Shown here in pieces: positions 22,128-32,052 of a DNA stretch of 64,000 nt (position 1 is its first letter; the number at the start of each line of letters is the position of its first letter). Source of the DNA: Candidatus Poseidoniales archaeon (GTDB lineage: Archaea; Thermoplasmatota; Poseidoniia; Poseidoniales; Thalassarchaeaceae). The notes under the pieces are model-generated. The model was not told the origin of the DNA. It did not search any database and saw nothing but the letters and a program-made list of their open reading frames with translations. Location of the stretch: assembly GCA_003602515.1 (NCBI GenBank), contig QQSB01000006.1, positions 16,234-80,233 on the forward strand. Direction: 5' to 3'. A program made the position numbers and the translations under genes.

Positions 22128-22511
22128 CTAAGCGTCGGTATGCCCCTCGACAAGATTTGAGACTAGTAATCGTATGGTATCTCGTGTTTTTCTGTAGACT
22201 CCCTTCTCCCCTCCATGGGGGTCTTCCAAACCCCAGTCCACATCTATTGGAATAGTTGGGCAACTAACTCCACACCCCATGCTGATTATCGCATCGTATT
22301 CCCCCGGATACACTGCGTTGATATTTTTCGGCCTAAGTCCAGAGGTATCTATTCCGAGCTCCTCGAGAACCTCTATTGCATATTTGGCGACCCGACCAGA
22401 TTCTGGAGGATGAGTTCCAGCCGAAGCAGCCTCATGTCCGAGATCCCTAGCAATCCCCTCAGCCATTTGGCTCCGACAGGTGTTCCCTACGCAAACGAAT
22501 AAAAGACGCAC
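22128..22511 (-). CDS. Low-molecular-weight protein tyrosine phosphatase / ArsC-type arsenate reductase family
   Basis: CVGNTCRSQMAEG P-loop (the CX5R motif of LMW-PTP). 127 aa. Confidence 0.8.
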   Translation of the reverse strand: MRLLFVCVGNTCRSQMAEGIARDLGHEAASAGTHPPESGRVAKYAIEVLEELGIDTSGLRPKNINAVYPGEYDAIISMGCGVSCPTIPIDVDWGLEDPHGGEKGVYRKTRDTIRLLVSNLVEGHTDA

Positions 22512-22548
22512 AAATACTCTATACGAGAGGCACTAATTAACCAATTGA

Positions 22549-22565
22549 CCTATAGACAATATAGG
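22549..22565. promoter_or_regulatory. Perfect inverted repeat CCTATA-N5-TATAGG in the divergent LMW-PTP / Mrp intergenic region
   Basis: Read directly: cctatagacaatatagg. It sits between divergent start codons (22511 and 22613). The TATA-like halves could serve divergent promoters or form a regulator operator. Confidence 0.25.
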
Positions 22566-22612
22566 AAATCGCTCAGAATAGGTTTCAATAATATCCCTTC
22601 AAACGGAGTGAT

Positions 22613-23626
22613 ATGTCGGACTCCCCAGTGTCCCACCATAAGGCTGGCTCGCCACCTGAATCACCAGACCCAGAGGCATCAAATGAGCAGAGGGCTCAGA
22701 TGGAGCAGGCATACCAACAGATGCAGAGGAAGATGAGAATCAGCAAGATGGACGAGAGTATTAAGCACAAGATCATGGTTCTATCAGGTAAAGGAGGAGT
22801 CGGAAAATCAACCGTAGCCACAGGACTGGCCCTTTCACTGGCTCGTCAGGGAAAGAAGGTCGGCCTGATGGATATTGATATTACTGGGCCAAACGTCCCA
22901 AAGATGCTCGGGCTGGAGCAAGCAGATCTGAACGTGGAGGAAGGTCAGATTCATCCTGCTGATGGGCCAAACGGACTCAAGGTAATCTCGATGGCTTTCT
23001 TGCTGGAGGATCCGGATAAACCTGTAATTTGGCGTGGTCCGATCAAACTCGGAGCTATCCAGCAGTTCATTGGAGATGTTGCTTGGGGGGAGTTGGACAC
23101 TCTGATTATCGACTTCCCTCCAGGGACAAGTGACGAACCCCTTACTGTTAGCCAGAGCCTTCCAGGAATAGATGGTGTGGTGATAGTCACGACTCCTCAG
23201 GAAGTCGCTCTTCTAGACAGTCGAAAATCGATTAACTTCGCCAAAACGATTTCTATCCCCGTTCTAGGAGTGGTAGAGAATATGAGGGGTTATAACCTGA
23301 GAGGAACATCCACACCCAACTCTAACATCTCAGTAATGGGGCCCGGAGGGGTGCCGATTGAATGCCAATCTGATGGGGATGGAAACTGGGAAATCACCCT
23401 TGATGTGTTCAAGTCAGGAGGGGGGGAGGAAGCATCGAAAGAGATGGGGGTGCCATTCCTGGGATCTCTCCCATTCGACCCTGGAATTGTCAGAGGGGGC
23501 GACGATGGAGTCCACAGAATCATCGCCGAGCCAGACGGGGAAACGGCAAGGGCTTTCGAATCGATAGTGGAAAGCGTTCTAGAGCAACTCGACAAGGGCT
23601 CTCAGCGTACTCTAAGGATAATCTGA
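22613..23626 (+). CDS. Mrp/NBP35/ApbC family Fe-S cluster carrier ATPase
   Basis: VLSGKGGVGKSTVATGLAL deviant Walker A motif. A CxxC-region equivalent is present. An N-terminal extension of about 55 aa is present. Confidence 0.85.
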   Translation: MSDSPVSHHKAGSPPESPDPEASNEQRAQMEQAYQQMQRKMRISKMDESIKHKIMVLSGKGGVGKSTVATGLALSLARQGKKVGLMDIDITGPNVPKMLGLEQADLNVEEGQIHPADGPNGLKVISMAFLLEDPDKPVIWRGPIKLGAIQQFIGDVAWGELDTLIIDFPPGTSDEPLTVSQSLPGIDGVVIVTTPQEVALLDSRKSINFAKTISIPVLGVVENMRGYNLRGTSTPNSNISVMGPGGVPIECQSDGDGNWEITLDVFKSGGGEEASKEMGVPFLGSLPFDPGIVRGGDDGVHRIIAEPDGETARAFESIVESVLEQLDKGSQRTLRII

Positions 23627-23680
23627 CACTACAATCTTTGCGTTGGCTTGATGACATAGTCTCATTCCCACAAGGTCGTA

Positions 23681-25774
23681 ATGGTTGCTGAAACAGGTAT
23701 CTACATCACCTGGGTGACGGGGGCTATTCTGATTAGTATAGCAATGATGCCAATCTTCAAACCACCCTTTGCAAGGATCAGCGCTGATGGCTTCATTGAT
23801 ATGTTCAGAAGATACTGGGCACATATGATCGTAGTATTCTCGGTGTATCTTTGGAAGGACTTACTCGATGGTCTTGACAGGGTATTGATGGCCAATACGC
23901 AACTAGACATGACCTTCCTAGTATATGCAATTGAGGGAGACTCTGTTCTATGGGTCCAAGAAGGACTAAGAAGCGAACTGCTGGACGTTTTCATGACCCA
24001 TTTCTATGTAATGGGATTCATGACTGCAACATTTTCTTCATTCATCTATCCAATTTTCTTCGATGACAGACACATGGCAGACAGAGTATCTCTTTCGATG
24101 TTCTGGGTGTATATTCTGGCGATTCCATTCTACTTGTTCCTTAACGTCAAGGTTACCGGTAACTATGTAGAAGGAATGGAGACAATTGCATATGATCTAA
24201 CTCCAGAGATTCATAATTGGTTCAATCGAATTGACCCCTTTACAAATGGGATGCCAAGTTTGCACATTGGTCTACCGTTTGCAATATGGCTTTCCATGCA
24301 CAGGTGGGACGAGGATGGGCGATGGAAGAAGTTCAGGACTTTTCTTATCTTATTCATAGGATTGACTTCTGTCTCGATTGTATACTTGGGTATTCACTGG
24401 TTCGTTGACATTATTGGGGGGATGATCATTGCAATCCTAGCAGTGAATATCACTTCAAAGACGCATGAACCAATTTGGCGAATCGCCGACGAGCGACTAT
24501 TCACAAGGAGGCTTGCCCGGACTCTCGAAGATCCACGAGGATCCTTGCAGAGAACTCTGCGCTCTTGGATAAGTGCACTTGATCCTGTTAGGGAACCAGG
24601 CAAGAACCAGACTGGTGCAATCATCATGTCCCTCATCATTTTGACCGGTTCGGTCATACTTTGGGACGTAACACACCAGAAGATATCGATTGAAGAGGCA
24701 GACTCTCCCACATCTGCATCCGGCTCTGGTGAATGGCTTGTTTGGATCGAAGAATCAGAAGATGGAGTAGAAATTACCGCAGGAAATGTGACTTCACTGA
24801 CCAACCGGACAGTGGGGGGGCAGCAATGGATAGAAACCCCTGAGGTCGTATCCTCAGGAGGAAGTTTCGTGATTTTCAATAACCATAGCGTAGAGTATTT
24901 CGAGCACAACCAGGAATCAGGAGTTCTTCAGCCGATTTTCGTAGAGAGTTTGGACGAGGGCATTGTCGACATAGCAATCCTATCCGATTCAAACGGTGTT
25001 GAGCACCTCGCAATACTCTCGCCAAATGACCTCCAATTAGTTGATACTTCTGACAAGTCAACCGAGTTGTTAGAATTGAATACCAACTCTTCTGTGCTGG
25101 CATCATCAGGCGCTCTCGTAGCAATCTCAGAAAAATCGGAAGCAGGGCCACTGGTCAATATAACTTCAATTGACTCGGACCTCACAATATCCATCCCACT
25201 AGACCCTAGGTCTTCGGAGCGAATAGAAGATTCAATAATGAACGCGGGAACCATCCTTGATTTCCAAAATTCCACAATCGTAGACCTCGTAATGGACTCC
25301 AATTGGCTAGTAGCCACTGTTGACGTCGGCCCATTCAACAGAACCGTACTAGTCGACACACTCTCGATAAATCAGACACTCATTTCCAATCCTCGTTGGG
25401 ATTCCTCATCCCCCAGTATCGGAGATGGCAGAGTTGCCTTCCTTCAAGTGACCAGGGATGATATCCTCTCAACCGCAATCTCCTCTCAAAGGAACAATGA
25501 TGTCTATGTGCATGAGTTGAAATCAGGAGAAACCAAGCAATACACCTTTGATGAAGAAGTATCACAGACTCAGCCACAGATATTGTTTGAGAGGTTAGCT
25601 TGGATCGAAATCAATGATGATGGGGAAAAGGAGCTTCAACTATTCTCGTTCACCGACACAATAGAGCCTAGGAACTCACTACTATTACAGGCCTCTATTC
25701 TAGCCATGATTCCGCTGATTTTCTTATGGACGCTACAGTCATACAGCATAGAGAAGATTACTCAGCGAGTCTGA
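23681..25774 (+). CDS. Membrane protein: N-terminal PAP2 (phosphatidic acid phosphatase type 2-like) domain fused to a large extracytoplasmic TolB-like beta-propeller region, with a C-terminal TM
   Basis: PAP2-like motifs MPSLHIG (cf. PSGH) and GIHWFVDIIGG (cf. SRxxxxxHxxxD) lie in a polytopic N-terminal region. The following region carries beta-propeller-like repeats. A C-terminal helix LLQASILAMIPLIFLWTL is present. Confidence 0.55.
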   Translation: MVAETGIYITWVTGAILISIAMMPIFKPPFARISADGFIDMFRRYWAHMIVVFSVYLWKDLLDGLDRVLMANTQLDMTFLVYAIEGDSVLWVQEGLRSELLDVFMTHFYVMGFMTATFSSFIYPIFFDDRHMADRVSLSMFWVYILAIPFYLFLNVKVTGNYVEGMETIAYDLTPEIHNWFNRIDPFTNGMPSLHIGLPFAIWLSMHRWDEDGRWKKFRTFLILFIGLTSVSIVYLGIHWFVDIIGGMIIAILAVNITSKTHEPIWRIADERLFTRRLARTLEDPRGSLQRTLRSWISALDPVREPGKNQTGAIIMSLIILTGSVILWDVTHQKISIEEADSPTSASGSGEWLVWIEESEDGVEITAGNVTSLTNRTVGGQQWIETPEVVSSGGSFVIFNNHSVEYFEHNQESGVLQPIFVESLDEGIVDIAILSDSNGVEHLAILSPNDLQLVDTSDKSTELLELNTNSSVLASSGALVAISEKSEAGPLVNITSIDSDLTISIPLDPRSSERIEDSIMNAGTILDFQNSTIVDLVMDSNWLVATVDVGPFNRTVLVDTLSINQTLISNPRWDSSSPSIGDGRVAFLQVTRDDILSTAISSQRNNDVYVHELKSGETKQYTFDEEVSQTQPQILFERLAWIEINDDGEKELQLFSFTDTIEPRNSLLLQASILAMIPLIFLWTLQSYSIEKITQRV

Positions 25775-26843
25775 ACATCTCATCCAGGCTTTTCGAAGCT
25801 CTCTTGAGGGTCTGCTCTGGTACGTCTATAATCTGCTCTGGAAAGGGATCAATTAGTGCCTGAAGTATATCCTCCAACTGGGTCTTCTTCATGTGCCTGC
25901 ACATCACGCATGCCCCCATCAGATTCAGGCTATCCTCAGCCTCGGCTAGCACTCTGTCAGCAGTTCCGCACTCGGTAATTAGCATCATATCCCTCTCTCC
26001 GATGCTAGCTAGGCGTTTCGCCTCATTCATCAGTAACTCGCTACTTCCAACGAAATCACTCTCCTCCAATACCTCCGAATCACATTCAGGATGACTTAGA
26101 ACCTTCAGGTCGATTCCATTCTCTGACATGTTCTTCTTCCAGTTCCTTATTTTTGGTCCAGTGAACTCTGCATGAACCTCACATTCACCATCGTAGAGTA
26201 TCACTTCCTTCTTACCCCTGAGTGAATTCTGCAGGTGCCTTCCCATGAATTTGTCAGGTACGAAGATCAATCTATCACCTGGCAACCTCTCACAAATACT
26301 GAGGTAGTTGCTACTTGTTACGCACACGTCACACTCGGCCTTCACAGCGGCACTAGTGTTGATGTAGCAGACAACTGGTACCCCGGGGTATTCCTCCCTG
26401 ATCCTGATTACGTCTTCTGCCTCTATACTATCACTTAGCGAGCAACCAGCATCGGGGGATGGGTGCAGCACAGTCTTGTTCGGGCTGACAATCTTTGCCG
26501 TCTCGGCCATGAATCGAACGCTGGAGAAGAGAATTGTCTGTTGAGGTGCGTCTCGGGCCTCCTTGGACAGTGCATAACTATCGGCAACAGAGTCCGCTAC
26601 CCCATAGGTGATGTCCGGAGTCTGATACGAATGTGCGATAAGGAACACGTCTTTCTCTTCCTTGAGACGATTTATCTCAAGGGTGAGTGGGGCCAGAGAT
26701 CTACAGACCTCCATACTCCATCGCATCGGTTGCCTGATTGCATACTGTAGCCTAACCGCTTCCTTGTCAATCTCCGAGTCAGAATATCCGAAATTACCCA
26801 AGAAAACCCGCGGGATGGGGGCAGCTGGCATGTCCAGAACCAT
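25758..26843 (-). CDS. nadA: Quinolinate synthase A
   Basis: Conserved Cys ligands and blocks (LIAHSYQ, CYINTSAAVKAE, VLSHPEC, ITECGTAD). The true start is probably an internal Met near MPAAP. Confidence 0.8.
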   Translation of the reverse strand: MVLDMPAAPIPRVFLGNFGYSDSEIDKEAVRLQYAIRQPMRWSMEVCRSLAPLTLEINRLKEEKDVFLIAHSYQTPDITYGVADSVADSYALSKEARDAPQQTILFSSVRFMAETAKIVSPNKTVLHPSPDAGCSLSDSIEAEDVIRIREEYPGVPVVCYINTSAAVKAECDVCVTSSNYLSICERLPGDRLIFVPDKFMGRHLQNSLRGKKEVILYDGECEVHAEFTGPKIRNWKKNMSENGIDLKVLSHPECDSEVLEESDFVGSSELLMNEAKRLASIGERDMMLITECGTADRVLAEAEDSLNLMGACVMCRHMKKTQLEDILQALIDPFPEQIIDVPEQTLKRASKSLDEMFRLAE

Positions 26844-26901
26844 GTCGAACGACTAATCGTCCGAGTGCAACCGCTTTCAAGTCATCTGGCATCGGATTTG
26901 C

Positions 26902-27567
26902 ATGGTGAGCGGGGATATTCCAATGTGGAAGCCCGAGAACGTTCTTCACGAGGGTGCAGAGGCAACTGTTACCAGTGGTTCTTGGCTGGGCAGGAAAGCT
27001 GTCCTCAAGTCGCGAAGAGCACGGTCTTACAGGCACCCTGACCTCGATCGTAGACTAACTAGACAAAGACTAGCAGTTGAGGCAAGAGTCCTATCCAGAT
27101 TATCTTCGGTCGGATTCCCGTCCCCGAAACTGATGTTCTTGGATCAGCGTAACTCTTCCATGCTACTATCCAGAATCGAAGGAAGGACTCTCTACGAATT
27201 GCTCAAGTCGGACGAGTCTTCTGGTGACGAGCTCTTCTCACTCGGTGGGTTGATCCGTAGACTCCATGAGATTGGAATATCTCATGGCGATTTGACCACT
27301 CATAACGTAATGTCAACAGAAGAGGGAGAACTCCATATTATCGACTTCGGTTTGTCCAGGCAGTCTCCAGAATTGGAACATTTGGGCCTAGACCTACAGG
27401 TTCTCAGGGAATGCCTCGGAGCCAGCCATTCTGATATTGATGACGCCATCGACAGAGTATGTGAAGGATACATGGACAAACAGTCCTTTAACGAAGATGT
27501 AGAGAGTGCTAAAGATGTGTTAGACCGCTTTCGCAAAATCGCAGGGAGAGTCAGATATCACGGCTAG
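26902..27567 (+). CDS. bud32: Kae1-associated kinase Bud32 (KEOPS subunit, RIO-like atypical kinase)
   Basis: About 220 aa. N-terminal EGAEATV...AVLKSRRARSYRHPDLD...EARVL is Bud32-like. A catalytic HGDLTTHNVM and DFGLS are present. Confidence 0.75.
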   Translation: MVSGDIPMWKPENVLHEGAEATVTSGSWLGRKAVLKSRRARSYRHPDLDRRLTRQRLAVEARVLSRLSSVGFPSPKLMFLDQRNSSMLLSRIEGRTLYELLKSDESSGDELFSLGGLIRRLHEIGISHGDLTTHNVMSTEEGELHIIDFGLSRQSPELEHLGLDLQVLRECLGASHSDIDDAIDRVCEGYMDKQSFNEDVESAKDVLDRFRKIAGRVRYHG

Positions 27568-27577
27568 GGTTGGAAAT

Positions 27578-28171
27578 ATGCGTATTCTTTTCGCCACAGG
27601 GAACAAACACAAAGTATCGGAGGCATCTGAGATTCTCTCCCATCTCGGACATGAGGTGGATCAATTACTGATCCACGGACAAGTCCCGGAATTGATTGAG
27701 CCACAGGCGGAAGGAATAGAGGAAGTTGCAATTTCGAAGGTCATGCAAGCCAGAGACTTGGTGATAGGGACGGAGCTGGAGGACTCTATCATCCTAGCAG
27801 AGGACTCGGGGCTCTTCATCGATTCACTACGAGGTTTTCCAGGCCCTTTCTCTTCATATGTCGAGGGGACTATCGGATTGTCCGGGATCCTGCATCTTAT
27901 ACCTCCAGAGTCTGGAAGGGAGGCCGAGTTCAGGACTATAGCAGCAGTATATTTCGAAGGTGAAATCCTAACTGGAACTGGAATCTGCAGCGGAGTGATA
28001 TCTAGAGAGATATCAGGAGAAATGGGCTTTGGTTATGATCCAATTTTCATTCCACATGATGGCGATGGAAGAACTTGCGGCGAGATGTCTTCTACTGAAA
28101 AATCATACATTTCGCATAGGGGTAGGGCCCTGAAGGAGGTCTCAGAACTCCTCAATCCCCCGTCAAAGTGA
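27578..28171 (+). CDS. Non-canonical purine NTP pyrophosphatase (Ham1/RdgB/ITPase family)
   Basis: ILFATGNKHK N-terminus and the FGYDPIF motif. Confidence 0.85.
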   Translation: MRILFATGNKHKVSEASEILSHLGHEVDQLLIHGQVPELIEPQAEGIEEVAISKVMQARDLVIGTELEDSIILAEDSGLFIDSLRGFPGPFSSYVEGTIGLSGILHLIPPESGREAEFRTIAAVYFEGEILTGTGICSGVISREISGEMGFGYDPIFIPHDGDGRTCGEMSSTEKSYISHRGRALKEVSELLNPPSK

Positions 28172-29097
28172 ATAGACGCTGTCCTCCTTGCAGTACCAGA
28201 ATGGTTACGGCAACTCGACTTCTTCTGATTACAATGAGTATTTTTTCAGTGCCAATTTACCTTGTGTTCATCGTTCCAGAGGGCCTCATCATGCAGGCTG
28301 CTGGGGCAGTGTTGATCCTTCTAATGGTCTCAATGATACTTTTCACCGGTAGGAGGCCGATACCCTCGGCCAAGAAGAAAGAACCCGCCTTCATCGAATC
28401 AGAGTCCGACTTCGGCGACATAGAATTGCCACCACCTGTTCACTCGGAGGAATCGTTGGAAGAGGTCCGTTCCTCGAAGATCAGAAGGAGTAGGGGGAGG
28501 AAGAACGTACATGATATTCCGGTACCAGATATGCCCGAACCCACTATGGCCCCGGCAAGCAGTACTCCCGCCGAATCCTCGGTAATCACAGCCGAATCAG
28601 ATGTTGATGTAGAAGGTACGGCTAGAGTCCACATCGCCAGTTCGGACCCGGAACTACAAGCAGAAGCAGAAGTTGATTTTTATCTCGCCCAGCAGAGAGA
28701 GAGAAGAGAGGTCTTCAGAGCCAGGCTTCATCGTGAAAGACGAATGGAAATGTCAAAGAGAGTATCCGAAGAAGCCAGAAAGTGGGCCCAGGTTGAGGAC
28801 GGGGAAGATCTGTCCAAGATCACAAGTATCCCTGGACACGGCTTAGCGGTCTTCTACGAACCAGAAGAACCCGACACCACAATTCCCCAAGGTATTTCTT
28901 ATGTCAGGATAGATGATGAGAGAGTCCTCAAGGTCAGAGTTTCACTAGACGTTCCTAGATTAGAATACAATACTCCCCATGAAGAAATGAGCGAATCCCA
29001 AGACGATGCCTCCACACCCCTCCCTCCCACTCCAGGGATGCCGATTCCACCCCCTCCCCTACCAGACATCCCACCTCCCATTGGGCCAGAAGATTAG
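28168..29097 (+). CDS. Hypothetical membrane protein with charged coiled region and proline-rich C-terminus
   Basis: Two N-terminal TM helices, an RE-rich segment, and a C-terminal PLPPTPGMPIPPPPLPDIPPPIGP. The 4-nt ATGA overlap with the Ham1 stop suggests co-transcription. Confidence 0.4.
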   Translation: MNRRCPPCSTRMVTATRLLLITMSIFSVPIYLVFIVPEGLIMQAAGAVLILLMVSMILFTGRRPIPSAKKKEPAFIESESDFGDIELPPPVHSEESLEEVRSSKIRRSRGRKNVHDIPVPDMPEPTMAPASSTPAESSVITAESDVDVEGTARVHIASSDPELQAEAEVDFYLAQQRERREVFRARLHRERRMEMSKRVSEEARKWAQVEDGEDLSKITSIPGHGLAVFYEPEEPDTTIPQGISYVRIDDERVLKVRVSLDVPRLEYNTPHEEMSESQDDASTPLPPTPGMPIPPPPLPDIPPPIGPED

Positions 29098-29138
29098 TCC
29101 GATGATACGTTGAAGCGATATGCCTTGTTCGGCGTACC

Positions 29139-29975
29139 ATGTCAGACGAGGTGATGACGGTCGAGGACATCGTCGTTGAGGGATCAAGTCCAGAAGGCGG
29201 TGTAATCTCAGTTTGGACCCTCAATAGGCCCGACAAACTCAATGCTCTCAATACGGAGTCACACAGAGCCATCAAGGAGGAATCGGCAAGAGCAAACTCG
29301 GATGACTCAGTCAGATGCGTCGTAATCAGAGGTGCCCCTCCACCAGAGGCAGAGGAGGGAAAGAGGACAAAGCCTCATGCATTTGCAGCAGGAGCCGATA
29401 TCTCTGAATTCGCAGAGATGGACTCGGACGCCGCCCTCCCACTCTTCGAGGACAACGGTTGGGAGGCGGTATGGAACATCTGCAAGCCAACTATCGCAAT
29501 GGTAGACGGATTCGCACTGGGTGGAGGGACTGAGTTAGCACTCTCCTGTGATATCCGCATTGCTTCTGATAGGTCCACATTTGGACAGCCAGAGATCAAT
29601 CTCGGGCTGATACCCGGAGGCGGTGGGACACAGAGACTGTGCCGGCTAATTGGATATGGGAGGACCATGGAGATTGTACTCTCCGGAGGGATGGTCAAGG
29701 CCGAGGAAGCTCTCAAGATGGGAATCGTCAACAGGATGGTCTCTCCCGAGGATCTTGAGTCTGAAACCATGAGTCTTGCAGAGGAGATATCTAGGAAGTC
29801 ACCATACACGACCAGGGTTGCAAAGCGAGTAGTTAGGGGCGCACTAGAATTACCCTTCTCGGAGGGCGTACTAATGGAACGCTCAGAGTTCGTGGCATTG
29901 TTCGATACCGAGGACAAGGAGATCGGAGTCAGAGCATTCCTGGAACGAACAGAAGCTCATTGGCTCGGACGATAG
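29139..29975 (+). CDS. Enoyl-CoA hydratase/isomerase (crotonase family)
   Basis: Motifs AFAAGADISEF, MVDGFALGGGTELALSCDIRIA and GLIPGGGGTQRL. Confidence 0.85.
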   Translation: MSDEVMTVEDIVVEGSSPEGGVISVWTLNRPDKLNALNTESHRAIKEESARANSDDSVRCVVIRGAPPPEAEEGKRTKPHAFAAGADISEFAEMDSDAALPLFEDNGWEAVWNICKPTIAMVDGFALGGGTELALSCDIRIASDRSTFGQPEINLGLIPGGGGTQRLCRLIGYGRTMEIVLSGGMVKAEEALKMGIVNRMVSPEDLESETMSLAEEISRKSPYTTRVAKRVVRGALELPFSEGVLMERSEFVALFDTEDKEIGVRAFLERTEAHWLGR

Positions 29976-29989
29976 AATCCGCCATAGTA

Positions 29990-30574
29990 CTAACCCAGGC
30001 TATTGGAGATTATTCCCGCAGCGTCGCTTTCCTTCGTAGGGTCTACGAGTAGCCATTCTGACTGAGAGCCAGATACAACAAGATTTTCTTGTATCTCCCT
30101 GATTCTATCCAAGTTTTGCAAGTAGTGATCAACCTGCTTACCATTGTGCTTCTCTCGATTCGCAATCATTCCCCTATGCATATTTTCACTAGTCACGTAG
30201 AGCACCACACCCGTGGCAATACCACCAGAATCACGCCATTCATCGATTATCTCTTTGTTAGGGAAATAATGAACCCCCTCTAGAAGCAGGTCGCCCCTCT
30301 TCTCTAGTGCTCTCTGTATGACTGCTTGTACTCCCCCAGAAACAACTTCGACCGTTTCCTTCCAGTCTCCAACCGCCGATCCGCCAGCCGACTCAAATGA
30401 CGATCTGTGAAGTTGTGGTTTTTCCGAAGATGTGAGTTGTGTTCTGAGTACCTCTCTGACTGTATCCGTCGAGGCAACCTTGTTGAAACCGAGTTCCGAA
30501 GCAAGTTTTGCAGACATTGTAGACTTCCCAACACCGCTGGTTCCGACAATGATCAGGAGTCTGGGGACTACCAT
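29990..30574 (-). CDS. P-loop kinase, 2-phosphoglycerate kinase-like (COG2074-like) N-terminal domain protein
   Basis: IIVGTSGVGKSTMSAKLASELGFNKVASTDTVREVLR closely resembles the 2PGK ATP-binding region. 194 aa. Confidence 0.5.
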   Translation of the reverse strand: MVVPRLLIIVGTSGVGKSTMSAKLASELGFNKVASTDTVREVLRTQLTSSEKPQLHRSSFESAGGSAVGDWKETVEVVSGGVQAVIQRALEKRGDLLLEGVHYFPNKEIIDEWRDSGGIATGVVLYVTSENMHRGMIANREKHNGKQVDHYLQNLDRIREIQENLVVSGSQSEWLLVDPTKESDAAGIISNSLG

Positions 30575-30582
30575 TGAATCAC

Positions 30583-32046
30583 CTAACGCTGAATTGACTT
30601 TGTCTCGAGGAACTCTTCCATCCCATGAACTCCCAACTCTCTCCCAAGTCCCGACTTCTTGTAACCGCCAAAAGGGGCAGTGACATTGAATGCGCCACCA
30701 TTAATGCTGACTTGTCCCGTCCTCAACTTCCTGGCTACTCTCATCGCTCTGCTCTCGTCGCCAGACCAAACGCCTCCGGAAAGGCCGTATTCTGAGTCAT
30801 TGGCTAGTTCTATCGCCTCCTCTTCGTTGGAATATGTGGTTATGCAAAGAACTGGGCCAAAAATCTCCTCTCTGAACACAGTCATCTGAGGAGTCACATC
30901 GGCGAAGACGGTGGGTCTGACGTAGAACCCCGAATCCAAATCATCTGGCATCCCCTCTCCACCAGCAACCAATGTCGCACCCTCGTCGATTCCAGTTGAG
31001 ATGTATCTGGAAACACTCTCTTGCTGCCTTTTTGACACTAGCGGACCGCACTTGCTCGTTCCGTCCATTGGATCTCCAACGGTGTATCGGCCGATTTTGC
31101 TCGCGATAACTTCCACTACCTCTTCTCTGGAATCTTCTGGAATTAACAATCTGGTCAGTGCCGAGCACTCTTGCCCGGAATTAGCGAAGCAGGAGTAAAT
31201 CGCAGAGGACGCAGCTCTTGGTATATCGGCATCGTCCAGGATGATGTTTGCACTCTTCCCACCGAGTTCCAAAGTGACTCTCTTTACGCTGGGAGCCGCT
31301 AACTCTGACACCCTAACACCAGCATTTGTCGATCCAGTGAAGCTGACCATATCCACTTCGGGATGGCCCGCCAACGTCTCACCGATTTCTCTGCCATGTC
31401 CGGAAATCAGATTGAAAACCCCATTCGGAAGGCCGATCTCATCCAGAATATCTGCTAGGACGAATGCATTCAGCGGGGCTTCCTTGGACGGTTTCAGAAC
31501 CATTGTGCATCCTGCCGCTATCGCGGGTGCGACCTTACCGATTATCTGGTGTAGGGGGAAGTTCCAGGGAGTGATCATTGCCACCACTCCTATTGGCTCC
31601 TTTACTACGATAGAGTTCCTGATCTCCTCTTCCCAAGCAAAACCGTCAAGGATCTTGGCATAAGACCTTGAGACAACTCTGGGTGTTCCGACCATTGCCA
31701 TGCGTGAGTATTCTATCGGAGTACCCACCTCAGAGGTGATCAACTCCGCTATTTCTTCTCCTCTATCCTTCAAAGCAGAGGAAAGCAGATTGAGATAATT
31801 CGATCTCTCATCAATCGTTGACTCCGACCAACCAGTGAATGCGGCTCTAGCAGCTTCCACAGCAGCATTTGCATCTGACTCGCTCCCTACTGGAACCGAT
31901 CCAATTACTCCCTCACTAGCCGGATTGATCACCTCTATTGTGCCCTCGCCATTGGGTTCGACCCAAGTTCCGTCGATGTAGAGGTGCGGGCGTTCGTGCA
32001 TGCCTGACCCAGACTGCACCATCTTATGATATTCATGCAAATTCAA
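30583..32046 (-). CDS. NAD(P)+-dependent aldehyde dehydrogenase
   Basis: Motifs ELGGKSANII and FANSGQECSA (catalytic Cys), and PWNFP. The start may be the internal Met at 32001. Confidence 0.9.
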   Translation of the reverse strand: MNLHEYHKMVQSGSGMHERPHLYIDGTWVEPNGEGTIEVINPASEGVIGSVPVGSESDANAAVEAARAAFTGWSESTIDERSNYLNLLSSALKDRGEEIAELITSEVGTPIEYSRMAMVGTPRVVSRSYAKILDGFAWEEEIRNSIVVKEPIGVVAMITPWNFPLHQIIGKVAPAIAAGCTMVLKPSKEAPLNAFVLADILDEIGLPNGVFNLISGHGREIGETLAGHPEVDMVSFTGSTNAGVRVSELAAPSVKRVTLELGGKSANIILDDADIPRAASSAIYSCFANSGQECSALTRLLIPEDSREEVVEVIASKIGRYTVGDPMDGTSKCGPLVSKRQQESVSRYISTGIDEGATLVAGGEGMPDDLDSGFYVRPTVFADVTPQMTVFREEIFGPVLCITTYSNEEEAIELANDSEYGLSGGVWSGDESRAMRVARKLRTGQVSINGGAFNVTAPFGGYKKSGLGRELGVHGMEEFLETKSIQR

Positions 32047-32052
32047 TAGAGT

